NCBI RefSeq assembly: GCF_009914755.1
Contig: NC_060934.1
Origin: the human T2T-CHM13v2.0 reference genome, Homo sapiens
Direction: 5' to 3' (one strand)
DNA length: 64,000 nt
The translations under genes and the position numbers were made by a program. Positions 26,722 to 41,628 of this stretch are shown here, in pieces. How positions within the stretch are numbered: position 1 is the stretch's first letter; the number at the start of each line of letters is the position of its first letter. A model generated the notes under the pieces. It did no database searches, was not told where the DNA came from, and saw only the letters and a program-made list of their open reading frames with translations.

Positions 26722-28916
26722 CTGTCTTTTCTGGGGTTACTGACACTCTCTAGGAAGAGTCCTCTAACTGCCTGGGATAGAGGTACCTGCTGCTGTTCTG
26801 GGGACGGGGACTGAAGAGCCACTAGTTGGCACAAGTCTGGCTTCAGTCCCCATCTCCATCCTCTGTGTCACCCAGCCTGCCAAGGCCTGGCCCGTCACCA
26901 CTCAGTTCATCTGGAGAATAAATCTCTGGTCTGCATTGGATGGGGAAGCAGGAGAAGGGCAGGGAGGGGGCAGGGAGGAGAGGAGGGATGGGGGTCCCCA
27001 GATTGGGTGGGGTGGGAGGAGATTGGGGTCCGACTGCTCTAGAGGCAGACTTTCAGCTATCCCCTCATTTTCAGCCCCAAACCCAATCTCTGCTCCTTAA
27101 TTCCTGGTGTTTCTGGGTGCAAAGCCCTTCAGGTGGGCTCAGGTGAAACACTCATTGCTCACAGGAACAGCCCACTGCAGGCAGAACCCTCCTGTGTTCC
27201 ACAAGATCAGTTACCCCCCAACCCTTCACCAGAATTCCTGTCTGCTCTTATCTGTGTCCCCAGAATGAACATTTTTTAAATTCTCACTTTCTTTTTTGGT
27301 GGGGAAGAGCCAAATGCCGATCACTGAGCAGCTATATGTATCTGGAAGTCCCTGTGTTTTCAAAAATAAGCCTGTTTTTTGTTTTGTTTTTCAGTTATGC
27401 CAGGAAGTGTGTATTTTTGCTATGTGGATTGGCAATTGGTTGATGGCGGGAGAATGAACAGAGCCAAATGAATAAAACACAATTTTAACACTTAGGGAAG
27501 TTACAAATGACTTTTACTGACTAAATTCTCATTTTTCCTGATAGAACTTTAGCCATCTTTTGAGAATTAATTTAAACTGAAAAAATCAAATGTTCAGAGA
27601 CATTATTATAAAAAGCACTGACACAGATGGGAGGTTGTAGCTTCCCTCCAAAGTCTACTCCAGCCCTACACCCCTTGAAGAGCACAGCCCAGCCCTCACA
27701 GAGGATCCTTTGTGCTTTCTCCTGGGCCAGCCCCTTGCCCCTGGAGGCTCTGATTAATGAGGAAACCCTTTTCTCACAGCAAGAGCAGAGGGGGACCCTG
27801 TCCACAGACACTCGGTGCCTTCGCCTGAAATATTGCTTCCTCTGCATGTTGGAATCCGTTCCTGGAGGCATTGCGGACTTAACCTCTTGAATGCTGTGTA
27901 CTTAGTCCCCTGGGTCTCTGGGGAGGACTGACGTCAGACACCAATTTACAGAAATCTGCCTTCATCTAGAAGGCCAGGCCCAGGAAGGTTCAGACTCTAC
28001 CGTGACCAGACATTGTAAATCTGCCTCACGACAGCTCATCCCAGGAGACAGAGCTACCCAGCAGGGCCGTGTGAAGGACGTCCAATGAGCTTGTGCAGCA
28101 AAGAGGTGATCCCTGGCCTGACCCCAGCTGGCATGGCAATCTCTCACTCTGTCAGTGCCCTGTTTCAAGGAGGCTTAGGTGAAATGGAGCTCATGGTGAT
28201 AAAGATCTCAGCTTCAGTGACTCACGAGGATCTGAAGGGTTCAACTACCTCTTTGTGAACAGAAAAACCAATGCTCAAAAAGTGTGGCTGCACAAGCTCC
28301 CACTGACCCTTAGCTCCAATCAGGATTCACCCCCAGGTAATCTGGCTCAAAAGCCACTGCACCATCCCCCTACCAGAAATCAGGTGGCAAATGACAGCTG
28401 CTAAGGCCCCCATATGTGCTGCAGGGGGAGCAGAGCCAACTGTTCTGCAGCCCCATTGTGGAGCAGGTATCTCACTCCATCCCGCACAGACCAATGCCCA
28501 GTGGACTAGGCAGTTCTAATGCCCTGGAAGCTAAAGATAGACTTGCTGGGCAATGGTCAGGAGAATCATGCACAATAACAGGGCCTCTCTGCTTTGCTGG
28601 GAACACAAGCCCTGCGCGTACTCTAGATACTGCCCACAGTGTGAGGCAGGAAGCAGGGACTGCATCTAACTCAGAGAAGAAGGGAGAAGTGAGGGACAAA
28701 GGTGAACCTGAAAATGTATCCACTGCACCCTGTTCCACAGTTGGGTGTGTGGCTTTACCTGCTTCATGGATGTTGGCCAATTGATTCTACAGAAAAGAAT
28801 CTAAATAAAAGAGCCCCCTTGGACAAGCCTCCTGCATTCATTCCATCATCTACCACCTCTGATTTTACAAATCTTCCCAGCTGGTGGGAAATGTCAGCAT
28901 TAATTTAGGGAATTCA

Positions 28917-29264
<348 letters not shown>

Positions 29265-29479
29265 TCACTCTGACTGTAAGGATCAACAACTGTCGGGGGG
29301 TGACTGATCTGGACTTTGAATAATGTGTGTAATGATGATGAGAAGAAGAGAATGTTGAGGGAAAAAAGGAGAAGGAGGAAACAAAAGAATAAGGAGAACA
29401 TGACAAAGGTAAAAGGAAAGCATTTGAAGCATTTGTCTGCATGGCCTGGGAGTCAGTCTGGAGGAGAAGGAGAAGGATG

Positions 29480-30100
29480 GAAGGTGGAAGATAGAGAGGT
29501 AGTGCGGGGGAAGCTTGTAGAAAGCCTGGGATCTGGACAAAGGAACTCAGACTTTAGGCAATGGAAAATCTCTGGGAGTCTTAAGCAGGGCTGTAATTGT
29601 GAAGACCTGCTGTTTCCAAAGTGAATTCCAGCAGTTGGAGGACAGATTGGAGAGGGATGATGCTGGAGGCTAGGAGGCTCATTAGGAGACTGGTGCAGCA
29701 TCTGTACAAGAAATGAGAGGGATGGGAGCCACAGATGAGAGATGGCAGATGTGGAGCAATGAGGATGAGGATTGGCAGAACGGAAGAGGAAGAAATATTG
29801 TCAAAACTTATTTTGTTTCCAGATTTGGTGGCAAGGGTAATAATTAAACCAGTGGCCAAGATGTAAAGTCCAGGAAGCGGAAAGGAATTGAGGTGGAAAG
29901 ATGGTTTGATTTGGAATACATTGAGTGTGACACAGAGGTGACCAATAGGCAGGTGGAAATGGAGCTCATGGCTGAGGAGAAATGCTGGTGTAAATCCTTG
30001 CTAGGAACAGTCCTTGTGCTTATGGTGCTCAGGCCACAGAGCCCCTTAGCAATAACCAGGAAGAGAGCGGAGAGTGGATGGGAGAGAGAGGGTTGCAAAT
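29480..30100 (-). mobile_element. L2 LINE relic
   Basis: Purine-rich degenerate L2 blocks (ttaagcaggg, ttaggagactg, aggcaggtggaaatggagctca). Confidence 0.5.
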
Positions 30101-30104
30101 GATG

Positions 30105-30587
30105 CCTCGGTCTATTGCTGAGTGACAGATTACCCTGACACCTGGTAACTTGAAACAACAAGCATCTATTATCTCACAGTTTCTCAGGGTACCTGGGAGC
30201 AGCTTAGCTGGGTAGCTCTGGCTCAAGGCCTTTCATGAGGTTGTAGCCATGCTGTCAGCTGGGGCTGCCATAATCTGAAGGTTCAACTGGGGCTGGGGCA
30301 TCAGCCTTTAAGCTCCCTAACATGGCAGCTGCTGGCAAGAGCCCTCAGTTCCTCACTGCATGGGCCTCTCTGCAGGGCTCCCCATGGAGGCAACTGGCTT
30401 CCCCCTAAGAGAGCAACCCATGAGTGAGAGAGTGACCAAGGTCTTATCTTTTATAACTCAACACTTGGACTATTGCTACCACTTCTGCTGTGCTCAGTCC
30501 TATAGGCAAACCCAGGTATAATGTGGGAGGGGACCACATAAGGATGTGAATAACAGGAGGGTGGTTCATTGAAGGCTGCCAACCACA
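30105..30587 (-). mobile_element. MaLR LTR (MLT1F-like)
   Basis: tctattgctg...attatctcacagtttct...gggagcagcttagctggg...ggctgccaaccaca. Confidence 0.7.
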
Positions 30588-32279
30588 GATCACCAACCCA
30601 GGAAACAGCACAGAAAGGTGAGTCTGTAAAGCATGCACAGAAAAAAGAAAGAATGCAAGCCCCATTGCGTGTAGGATGTTTACCAGAGAATAATATATAT
30701 GGGAGATTGTCCAGAAGGACAGGGTGGTTTCAAATGCTAAAAAGTCCAGGCAATGGGAACTGAATGAGCATGGAAATTAGGCCACTGGACTTGGTGACCA
30801 GCTTCTAGACTGGCATGGCCAGCCACAGTGCTACAAAAGCAGGTAAAAGCCACCTCTTGGCAGATGGAGAAGTGGGTGGAAAATGAAGACATAATGGAAG
30901 GTGCTGGTAAAAGTAAACCACTTTCCAGAGTGTTGGTGGTGATGTGAGGAGAGACTGAGAGTAGTTTGCAGGGGAAAGCTGTTCTGTACACAAAAGCTTT
31001 GGCTGGTGGGAAGAGGTAGAGGGGAAAATTGGAAGACATGGGACAGAGACTTAATTGATGATCTAGAGTCCCAGAGGACATATGAGGTCAGTGATTGGAA
31101 GCACAAGCTGAGATAATTAACTCCCCTTCCTCTAGTGGCAGGAAAGGACAGGTGAGGGATGGTTGAAAGGGATGCGAGAGGTATGCGGGCTGCTCGTCTG
31201 AGGGTCTCTATTTTCTTCTGCTGACGTTGAGTTGAGGGATGAGGTAGTGGAGGGGGTTCAGAAGAAATAAAAGGCTTAGGTTAGCTCTGGTGACTTGTCT
31301 CCAGGGACAGCCACTGGCGTTGAGTAATGCCCATGACCTTCCTGCTGTGTTGTGGAAATTTCCTCACCCCACAGCTGAAGAGTAACACACACCCCTGTTT
31401 CATCCTCCCCCGACTTCTCATGCTCCCCAGAGCCACCCAGGCATTTGGCATTTGTGTGCTACTGTCAATGGTGCACAATTTATGTCCATCCCCTACAGCT
31501 GGGAATGTCTACAAAGCATCTATTTATATTAATAGAAGCTCCAGTCAAGGCTGGGGGACTTGTGGTCTTGACTGCTAGGGGAGCTTATTCGCCTGGACCA
31601 CCTGGAAGGAAGATGATGGGAGCCTTCCCCAAATCCATCATCAGCTCTGCAGATCTAGGAACAGTGAGATCAACACCTCTGCCTCTAGTCCTCCCAAATC
31701 ATCTGCCCCGAGGCTGTGCAGACGGTCTCTTCTCACTAGGCAGCTCTAATGCCTGAGGTACCTATGAAACCAGAGTGGCAGCAGAGGGTCAAGCCTTGGG
31801 CAAGTCCACTTAACCTCACATGACCCTGCTCCCTCATCTGTAAAATGGGAAGAATAGGGTTGTTCATATATCATTTAGCGCAATACCTGGAATGCATTTA
31901 ATGTTAAGCAAACACTAACTGTTTTTCACAAGCCCTGGAGGTCAGACATGACTGACTGCCAAGGGACTTGATTATAGGTTTATTGAGTCTGTCTTCCTAC
32001 TGCTCCCGCACATAGACACTTTGCTTAGTGTACAGTGAAATGAAACAATATGGTGAATATGGGCTTTGGATGAGCCCATCATTCCAAAGAAAAGCTACTC
32101 CCTTTACCCCAATTTTCCATGGCCAGGGGGCCAGGCTGTGTCCCCAGTTTGGAGTGTTGGTTCAGTAGGTGGAATCCTATAACAAAACCTATGCAGGATT
32201 TGTCAGGGTGGCCAGTTTTCTTTGTTCCCTTATGATATTAGCTTCCATTTCCTGGCACCCTCTCTAGACACAGTATATC

Positions 32280-32440
32280 TGACCCAGTAAGACAACTTCT
32301 AGACCCATTTTACAGATGAGGAAATTAGGACCGAGAGAGTAACGAATTTCCCAGGCCACACAGCTGCTAACTGCAAAGCCGGGCTTTGCTCCCCTCCTGT
32401 CCCCTCCCCTCCCCTCCCCTCCTCTCCCCTCCCCTCGCGC
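32280..32440. mobile_element. MIR fragment followed by a (CCCCT)n run
   Basis: cccattttacagatgaggaaattagg MIR core. Confidence 0.7.
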
Positions 32441-34537
32441 CTCTTCTGGCCTCCTTCCCTTCATACATGGCTGCTCTTCCTGACCAAACACCCAAGGACC
32501 ATGGACAAGAAAGAACCAGCAGAGGGGGAAGCCCCAGCTCTGGTCCTTTGTATGCTGGGTTCCAGCAGAGATTGTCTTCCAGAAGTCCTTTTCAACTTCT
32601 CAGCGCTTTCAGGGTTCTTTCAGGAATTGCGGATGCCCAGAATCACAGACTCCTGGGTCCAAATGGTTGAGTCAGTGTGTGAGAACTGTCCGGGACATCC
32701 TTCCCAACCCAGCACCCAAATGGGCTCCAGGTCGTCACTACCTCCTGCAGCAGCTCAGCCTAACACCAAGTGGCGGGTTGCTGGAGCATCTTCCCCTACT
32801 TTGAGCTAAAAGCTCCCCTACCCAGCTTCCCCTCACTAGCCCAGATTTGGACTCCTTAAGATGCAATGGCAATTGTGCTTTCTTTGTGTAATATCTACAT
32901 TGCACCATTTTCCCCAGGCAGCTGGGCCCCTGTCCACTCTGCTTCATGAATGCTGTAACTTGAGACTCCCTTCTCAGAGTACTTTTCCGCACTCGGCTGG
33001 TTTCCACCTCCCTCACTGCCTTGGGGCTCTCTGTCCTTCCCTCTGTCCTCCCCCGTCTCACAGCCTGTTAGAAGCAGAGCTCCCCGGGCGTTCGCTGATT
33101 TCTCCAGGAAATGCCCCTTCTCTTTTACCTCTGGGTCCATTAGCAACTGCTGGGTCAGACATGGATGTCTGGGGCTTCACCACCTTCTCTTCCAACTTCT
33201 ATTTTAGGGTGTGGCCTTTGGTTCCTGGCAACCTCTTCTCTAACTCCGGAGAGGTCTAAGGAGCACACCCGCCCAGCCAGACCTCCCCCTCCTCCGGGGG
33301 CTCCACAGATGGGCTTAGATGGTAGTAGAGGAGTTGGAAGTTCCACCAGAGCCCTCTTTGCGGGTTCTTCAAGAGGGACTTTCTCTGGGGTTCCTCCATA
33401 TTTTGTTTTTTGCCACAGGCCCTACTTTCTTTCCACTGTCACCCAACACCCTCCTCTTCCCTCCCTCTTATGGGGGCAGTCCCAGGATAACCCTCGGCCT
33501 TGTTAGTTCTCAGCTCCCCTAACCTGAGCCCAGTGTACAGAAAAAAAAGCCTCCTGCGGAAAAGGACGTGGGGAGAGCACAGCTCAGACACAGTCCACCG
33601 TCAGCACAATGCTCTTAGCTCTAACTGGAAGCCGACATCACCCATTTGACAATTAAGAACAGGTAAGTTTAGCAGCTCCAAAACGTCCCCCACTGCCCAG
33701 TGCTGCTCCTGTCTCATGGGCCAGGACCTGAGCTGGTGATGGCCTTGGCTGAGCCCTGCCACAACAGGAGACAGCTGGCCACCCTGAGCAGGTGCATCCA
33801 AAGGGAGGGAGTGCAGCTGGTCCTCTCCCTCTTGTTAAAAGCAAGAGAGGCTTTCCCAGAAGCTCCTCAGCACACACCCTGTCTGGGCTATTTGACCAGA
33901 ACTGGGTCACACCCTCTCATTCCTAAAGTAGTCTCTGGGAAAGGGAGACAGTAGACTAACCTGTGGACTGAACAGTCCCTGCCAAGCCAGGCCCGGAAGG
34001 AATTCGTATCTTCTGAGCAGGTGACCATCAGATACAAAAAAAAATAAGTGGCTGTTGGCCAGCAAGAAGCAAGTGAGCACTGTGGGCCAGCCAGAGCTTC
34101 CCGACCCATGCAAATCAAGGGTTCCTAAAGGACAGGGAGCTGCCATCGCTGCTGAAGCCCAGCCCCCGCAGCTCCATCTGTGCAATTCAGCATATGCCAC
34201 AGAGACCGGAACACCTGCATTTGGGGGAGTGGGTGTGTGTGGTGTCAAGATATGTCAAAGTTTAAGAAGATTGAAGTTGATAGTCTGCTAATAGAAAACA
34301 ACTAACCCAGGAAATAAATATGTAAATCATACACTCATAAACTTGATCTTGAAGATCACACGAGCACAGAAGTTCCTAAACTCATTCAAGGCGGAAAAAT
34401 ACAAAAAACGGTAATCTTTATGGAATGCCATGATTCTTGATCAAATTAATCAATCAAATTAAAATAATTTTAATAGCAAAAAATATCTATTCATTATATA
34501 TGTTGAGGGTGTATCATCCTCAAGCAAGAAACATGCA

Positions 34538-34770
34538 AGCCAGGCATGGTGCACACCTGTGGTCCCGGCTACTCAGGAGGCTGAGGTGGAAGGATCGCCT
34601 GAGCCTGGGAGGTTGAGGCCACAAAGATTGTGCCACTGCACTCCATCCTGGGCAACAGACAAGACCTTGTCTCAAAAAAAAAAAAAAAAAAAAAGAAAAG
34701 AGGAAAGAAAGGAAGGGGAAGGGGAAGGAGAAGGGGAGGGAGGGGAGGGGAAGGGAGGGGAGGGAAGGGC
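34538..34770 (+). mobile_element. Alu right monomer (FRAM/AluJ-like) with A tail and (GGGGA)n-like run
   Basis: agccaggcatggtgcacacctgtggtcccggctact...gtctcaaaaa. Confidence 0.85.
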
Positions 34771-34807
34771 CAAACTAATTGTTCTTGAGTTTTCCGTTAT
34801 TATTGGC

Positions 34808-35146
34808 AGACCTTGGCTTTCCATGGTTCAACTTAGGATGGTGTGAAAATGATGTACATTCAGTAGAAATTGTACTTTAAATTTTGGATTTTGATGTTTT
34901 CCTGGGCTAGCAACATGCCCTACAATATATTCTTACATGAGCTACTCCACACTTTATAACATAAACCTTGTGTTAGATGATTTTGCCCAACCATAAACTA
35001 AGTGTTCTGAGCACATTTAAGTAGGCCAGGCTAAGCTCTGATGTTCAGTAGGTTGGTTGGATTAAGTGCATTTTTAACTTAAAATATTTTCAATGTCTGA
35101 TGGGTTTTTTGGGACATAACCCCATCATAAGTTGAGGAGCATGTGT
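34808..35146. mobile_element. TcMar-Tigger relic (MER47-like)
   Basis: Ends ...gggacataaccccatcataagttgaggagcatgtg; internal ccaggctaagct...atgttcagtagg. Confidence 0.7.
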
Positions 35147-35458
35147 ATTGGGTTTGCTTGGAGTTTTTTTCCTTATTTGGTTGTTTTGTTTTCTATCTTA
35201 TATGAGCAAAGGGGTAAAAGATTTCAGAAAAACACCTGAGAGATAAATCTTAATACCATTCAATCTAGCACATCCGTTAGTAAATTAAGAATGAGGGAAA
35301 GCCCACCACTGTCCAAGTGTAAAGGCTGGGCTCCTTGAAACAGCTACAGGGACACTCCAAGTACATCAAAAACACCAATTCAGCCAAAACTTCACATTTA
35401 TTTTCTGCAAAAGTTACCAAGGCTCACAGATGCCTTTGGGTTTCCCCAAGGTCACCCG

Positions 35459-35471
35459 GTTAATTATTGAC
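35459..35471. promoter_or_regulatory. Distal HNF1A/HNF1B-type site
   Basis: GTTAATTATTGAC, 1 mismatch to GTTAATNATTAAC. Confidence 0.6.
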
Positions 35472-36000
35472 ATAGCAACTCCCCTCGCAAAACAAAGAAT
35501 CAAAATGATTTCCCACGTCCCATGTTGGGATGCATGTTAATGAGGAAGGAAGGCCTCTGCATGGCGGGGCCTGAGCTAAGTATGTCTAGTCAGAGTCCAA
35601 ATCCGGGACAGATTTGAAAAGCTTTCTAATCCACCTATACGCAGAAGAATAAAGCTTGGAACTCATTTCAAAAGTTGTTTCTACTGGTGATTTAAAGACA
35701 CACTCCTCTCTCCCATATGCACATAAGCACAGACCTGCAAGAGCACTGTCCCCTCCAGAGCCAGACACTACAGGCCCCCAGCAAGTGTGAAATCCAGGTG
35801 TGACTTTCTAGGCATGGCTTGGTGAGGAAGGGCCTGGCCCACTCCTTGGCTCCCTCCTCCCAGCCAGAAACGGTTAACTGCCAGCTCCAGACTGCCTCCA
35901 GCCCAGCCCTAATCGCCGATCTCAGGCGGCTGGGCTGCGCTGGGGCTGAGCGGCTCCAGCCCAGGCTGGGGTTGTGTGAGCAGCAGGAGCATTCTTCCAA

Positions 36001-36013
36001 GGTAATGATTAAG
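36001..36013. promoter_or_regulatory. Proximal HNF1A/HNF1B-type site
   Basis: GGTAATGATTAAG matches GTTAATNATTAAC with 2 mismatches, ~220 bp upstream of the ATG. Confidence 0.6.
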
Positions 36014-36056
36014 CTGAGTGCCTGGCAAGGGCACGGGCTGAGAGCACAGAAGGTGA

Positions 36057-36323
<267 letters not shown>

Positions 36324-38167
36324 TGATCCTTGCACACTGGCACCACAGATAGGGCTGCCTGAGGGGTGGGAGGTGGCCAGGAGACAGCAGGCACATCTGG
36401 CCACTTCTGTGCTTCAATTTTTTTCCCAAGACCCCTAGAAACACTGCTCTGTAGAGCAGCAGCAAGTGCAGTGGGGTGAGCCTAGGGCTGGGGACCAGAG
36501 GGCTGGGTGCTGGATCTTTGCTTGGCAAGTCACCCTCCCTGTGACCTTGGGAAGCCTCAAGATCCTCATCTGCAAAATGATTCCAGGGGCCACCCCACCT
36601 ACTCAGAGAGTTGTCATGAGATGGAGGTGGAGACAGAAGGTGAAGATAGAAAGGGCTGGGCTTCGCTGTGTATCTACAAAAGGTCAACTGAGCTCATCCT
36701 GCTTTACTCAAACCATAGCCCTACCTCATGGAGAGAGAACTCCCAGTCATGAGCAGCTCTGCCCTGGAGGGACAGGCTGAGCCTGGCTGGACGTGGAGAT
36801 CACAGGCTTCCCTCGGGCCCATGCTGGACCCTGTTAACAGAACACCCTGTAGGAACCCAGACCCCTGTCTGAGGTCTGACTGCAGGAATGCACTGTGGTC
36901 TTAGCAGCAGAGATGCTTCCCAGAGATGCTGGGCTCCTTCCTTCACCCAGCAGAATCACAGGGCTGCTCAACTGGACAGGAGGGCAGACTGTTAGAGCAG
37001 AGCCCAGAGCCACCATCCTGAGCCCTGCCTGCTCGCTTCCCCAGGGCAGGCCTGACCCTTAGCCCCATTCCCCCTACAGAGCCAGGATCTGTTTTGGGGA
37101 AATGAACAGGCAGAATTCTGAGCCCTTAACTCTGAGCCACATTGTCCCTTGGGGACAAAGAGAGACACACCCCCTATCAAAGCCCTTCCCCACCACTGGG
37201 CAAAAGCTTACCCACGGGTCTTACCAAATGGGAAAGTTCTCCTAGGTCAAAATCACATAGTGCTTGTTCCTGCCCCAGCCCAGTCACTTGCGTGATATAT
37301 GACCTTGGGGAGCCCCTGACCCCTCTGAGGCTGCACTTTCTGATCTGTATGATGGGGACCTGCTGGCCAGGTGTTTGGACAGATTAAGGATGCAGGAACT
37401 GAGCATGGCTAAGTGGAACTGAGGATGAAAACCTCTCAGCAGAAGCCCCCATGACACACTCCAGAGCTCAATGGGAAGCTGGGTCATTTCAGGAGCACTG
37501 GGCTGGGTTCAGCCGTGAGCTGGCCAGTGGGCTCTTCCAGCATCTAGGCCATGAGTTAGATCATGAAGGGCTGCTGGATGGTTTAACCCCACCCCTCCTG
37601 CTACAGGATGGGGCACCTGAGCTCAAATGCAGGTGGTGACCTTGCCCAAGGTCATGGTCAGAGGGACAGCCAGCCCGGAGCCCTGGTCCTTCAACTTTCA
37701 CAAAGGCCAGGGCTCTGGCCAAAACCTTCCCTGTCTTCCAGAGTAGGCAGCAGGAAGAGGTTCAGAATTGCTCTGCTGAGGCTCTGAGTGGAGGCACTGA
37801 GGGAGGAGCCAGATCCAGCCACTTTCAGAACCACGTTGTCGTCTACACATAAGAGAATGATGGCCAAGACCCCCAACAAGCAAAAAAGCCATCCTGGGGA
37901 GAGGAAGGCCACCCTAAATAGGTTTCCATGTCTGTTGATCTGAGTCCACCCTGCTCCCTCTAGGCTTTGGTTTCCAAATCTGTAAAATGCCAAGAATCCC
38001 ACAGTTCCCCCAGCCACACTCCACCCAGAGCTGAGGCCCACCTCCCGTCGAGAGGCTGTTCTAAGATGTATGTACCTATCCTTCTAATGGATTAGCTAGA
38101 GACAGTTTAACAGTCTGATTTATCTCAGTCACCGGAAGAGTCTGCAGCCCCTGACACTCCCATGTGC

Positions 38168-38196
38168 ACGCACACACACACACACACACACACACA
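38168..38196. repeat. (CA)n microsatellite
   Basis: About 13 CA units. Confidence 0.9.
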
Positions 38197-40213
38197 AACC
38201 CGTGTGCGCGCACATAGGGCTCGTCTTAACCACAGCCTTTATCTCCGCACAGGGACTGCTGTTAATGCTGAGAATGGGCCTCCCTCTTGGTTTTGATAGG
38301 AGATTCAGACTAAAAATAGCCATGAGCTCCCTTCTAATGGCCAGGCTTTCAAATGATCTTGCTCGGGCTTTCTAGAGTGCTGGGAGGGAGTGGGAGGCTA
38401 GAGAGAGGGGTTTGGTGTTCTTGGGCAAATCTCGAGTTTCTTCCAGCATCACTGAACTCCTGGCCTATTTCCAGTACATAGGATTTGCAAATTCCTTATT
38501 CTCCTAAGCCTCTTTTTTGTTGAAATCTTCTGTTGAGAAATCCAGGCTTCATTTACAAGGGCACTGCTGCTAGAGAGGAAATAAGACCGGAAATAGAGGG
38601 CCTCACTTTGCAGAAACCCTAGGGAGGTGGGGAGTGTGGATTTCTTAAAAGCTAGGAAGACATGTGTCCCAAGGGCACTCAGAGTGTCACCTGCAGGGAC
38701 CAGGCAGCTGCTAAGAGGCTACAGCCTCTCATTAGCAGCCTCTTCCCTGGACCCCCTGCAGACAGGATCAGGGCTGTCAAAAGCACTGACGGCACCTGGT
38801 GGGTGCCTCTGCCAGCATGTCAAGGCCCTATGACTGTGGATGAAGCCACAGCCTTTGGATGAAGCCTCCTTAGGATTCCTCGAAGTCCCGCAGACCATTC
38901 TTGCCCCACCTCAGTGTCCAGCCCCATATCATGAGGGGTTGTAGAGCACAGACGGATCATTGCCACCACCAAATTGGGATAAACAGGCCTCAGGTAGTTG
39001 CACCTGGGTGGAAGTGTTTCTAAAATTAGAAAATTCCCTCCCTCTGGAGCAGTCATGTGGTTTCCAGGACATAACAGACCACTCCCGCATTGTTTACACC
39101 GGGTTCATTTGCTTCACCTCCCTGGCTCAGGATGTGGGGTTGGGGGGCAGGCGCCCATGGGTCCATGTGCATGCATGCGCCCGTGTGATGTCTAAGTGCC
39201 TCAGTTGCTGAGACGCGGCATCCATTGCCGCCCATGGAAGCAGACACAGCTGGGAAATGGCACACAGGCTGTGAGCACTCCACATTCCCCTGTGCGGATG
39301 CCGGAGCTCCTGCCTGTCCATCCCTCAAAGCAGGTTCTCCCCGTGTCCACTAGAGACAGGGTAAAGATGTCCTGAGTGTGAGACTCAGGCCCCAGAGGAG
39401 GCTCAGCCCTGTGACAGGTTCTCAGCACAGACCAAATGGCAGGAAAGGGGTCCTGGGAAATGGATTTAACTGAGCCTGGAGCACAGCGGTCCAGGGCACT
39501 CCTCCCCTGTGAGATGAGAAAGGACCTGTCCCACAGCATTGGTCCCAGTTGCAGGCTAGGAAAGCAGGGTTGGCTTCCCTTTGAACTTCAGCCATCCTCT
39601 TACCCTTTAACCTCAGGGGAATCTTGAATAACTCCTTTGCCACTCCCCAGCCCCTGCTGAGGTGGCCAGGAAGAGCATGGGAAGAGCCCCCTTTGTGGGG
39701 CAGAGGAGGCACCTCTCAGGCCGTCCAGGCTGGGCATGGAGGGAAGGGGAGACATGTCCCTGAGCCCCGCCTTGTAGTGAAAGCCCTCCCCTCAGGCTGT
39801 GTCCTCACACACAGATGTGCATGGGCTTCCCCATAAGAGGCTTGCTCAGAAAATGTCTCTGGGCACTTGAGCAAGGCCTCCCAATTTCCCTCAGAGCAAA
39901 GAGGCTCCAGCTTGAGGCCCCACTGCCCCATCTCCAGGGCTGAATTTCACTCTTCCAGCCTCTGCCCAGAGCAGAGGTTGCTGAGAATGAACATGATTAT
40001 TTGAGTATTTACTCAAATAATACTCAAAGCCCAAGCTTTGCACTGTGTATTTTAAATGCAGTATCGCATTTCATCCTCCTGTCATTGGGAGCATCATCAT
40101 GTTCATCCTCATACCCACTGTACAGGAAGGGAAACCGAGGCCTGATGGAGCGAAGCATCTTGCTCAGGGTCTCACACCAGGAAGCAAGAAGACAAAGTTC
40201 CACCTGATGATGG

Positions 40214-40315
40214 TCTGCTCCTGAGACTCCACTCCTAATCGTTATTTCCTCCACCTGAATCAGGATTAAAAAGCATGTCCCATAGTATTTTGATGACCCC
40301 AAGATGCAGGATGCA
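40214..40315 (+). repeat. Local duplication B, copy 1 (102 bp)
   Basis: 100/102 identical, ungapped, to 41629-41730. Confidence 0.95.
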
Positions 40316-41628
40316 AAACACACAGAGGAGAGCAGGAGAGGCTTGATCAGAACTTCCCCATCCTCTACCCTCATGCTCCTGCCCTTGGTCAGTTCTGATC
40401 AGTCAGGTGGGGTCATGGTGAGGACACACGTACACTGAAGCACATAGTCAAGGATCACCAAACACTTTCTAAATCTCAAGACACCGATATTCATTGCAGC
40501 TATCCATTCTCTATCTCAAGATTGCCACACATGCTTTAACCAGCACCACCGTGACCTTCTCTAGCCAAATCTGCTCCTGGAACCCATCTGGGGACAGACA
40601 AATCTGCACACATTTCCAGGGGGAACTATCACAGTAGGGCTTGCCTTGATGGGTCCAGAGGTGCAGGGCTGACTGCATGCATTATGGTCATTGTCTCGCT
40701 CCAGCCCCACAAATGCCTGAGAGGCTAGAGTGCTGGGCTCAGTCCTATTTTACAAATGAGGAAACTGAAGCTCAGAACATTGAGGTAACCTGGCAGAGGT
40801 CACATGGCCAGGAGACAGAGGTCCGGTGTTAGAACTCCACTCTGCCCAAACACAGGGCTGTGTTATGGCAGCTCCAAAGCAAAGGGCATGGCAGAGCCAG
40901 CAGGGCATGAGGGGATGGAGGCAAAGCCATTCTGAGTGAACTCTGCTTGTCAGGCTGACGTGCTGTTTCTCACAAATTGAGTGCTTGGAATCAACCTGGA
41001 ATCACTGAGGGGTTTTATTTTGTTCCAGGTTTTGACCCATTAACCTGTTTCTCTATATAATGGACACAGCCACATTTTCAACTGCTCCCATGCTTCCCAC
41101 ACAGTTAGAGCATTGGCTTATTAATGTACATTAGGAGAAAAGAAGTATTTAAAACCCAGCTGTTCTCATTATATTTTAAAGGATAGAGCAAATGCATAGT
41201 TTGACCTTAGCCCTGTTCAAAGCCTTCAGGAAAACAAATGCTTCTGAAGCAGCCATCTTGGGCCCTCCATGCTAATTTTACCCCTCTTACATGTATATCC
41301 CCATGACCACCTCCTGCTGTTTAAGAAAGTGTCATGCACTCCAACGCCTCGCAAGAGATTTATCACCCAAGTGAGCCCACATTGTATTTTCAGACCTTCC
41401 AAGTGAATGTTGACTGTTTTCCTTTTCTGTTACAATTGGCTCCACAAGTAAATGGAATCTGCCTCCCTCTGTTCCCCCCACCTACCACCAACAGGCAATA
41501 GGATTTGGTTCAAACATTTCTTTTTTCACAACTTTGTGCCTGTGCCTTGCTTCTAGATTTATAACAAGAAATCTGAAACTTCAATTAGGTTTCATTTACT
41601 TGGCAAACTGTTGCTGAGTCCCCAGTGA

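Noticed and set aside
27929-27936. Perfect CRE TGACGTCA
   Set aside because: A single 8-mer in 64 kb with no supporting context.
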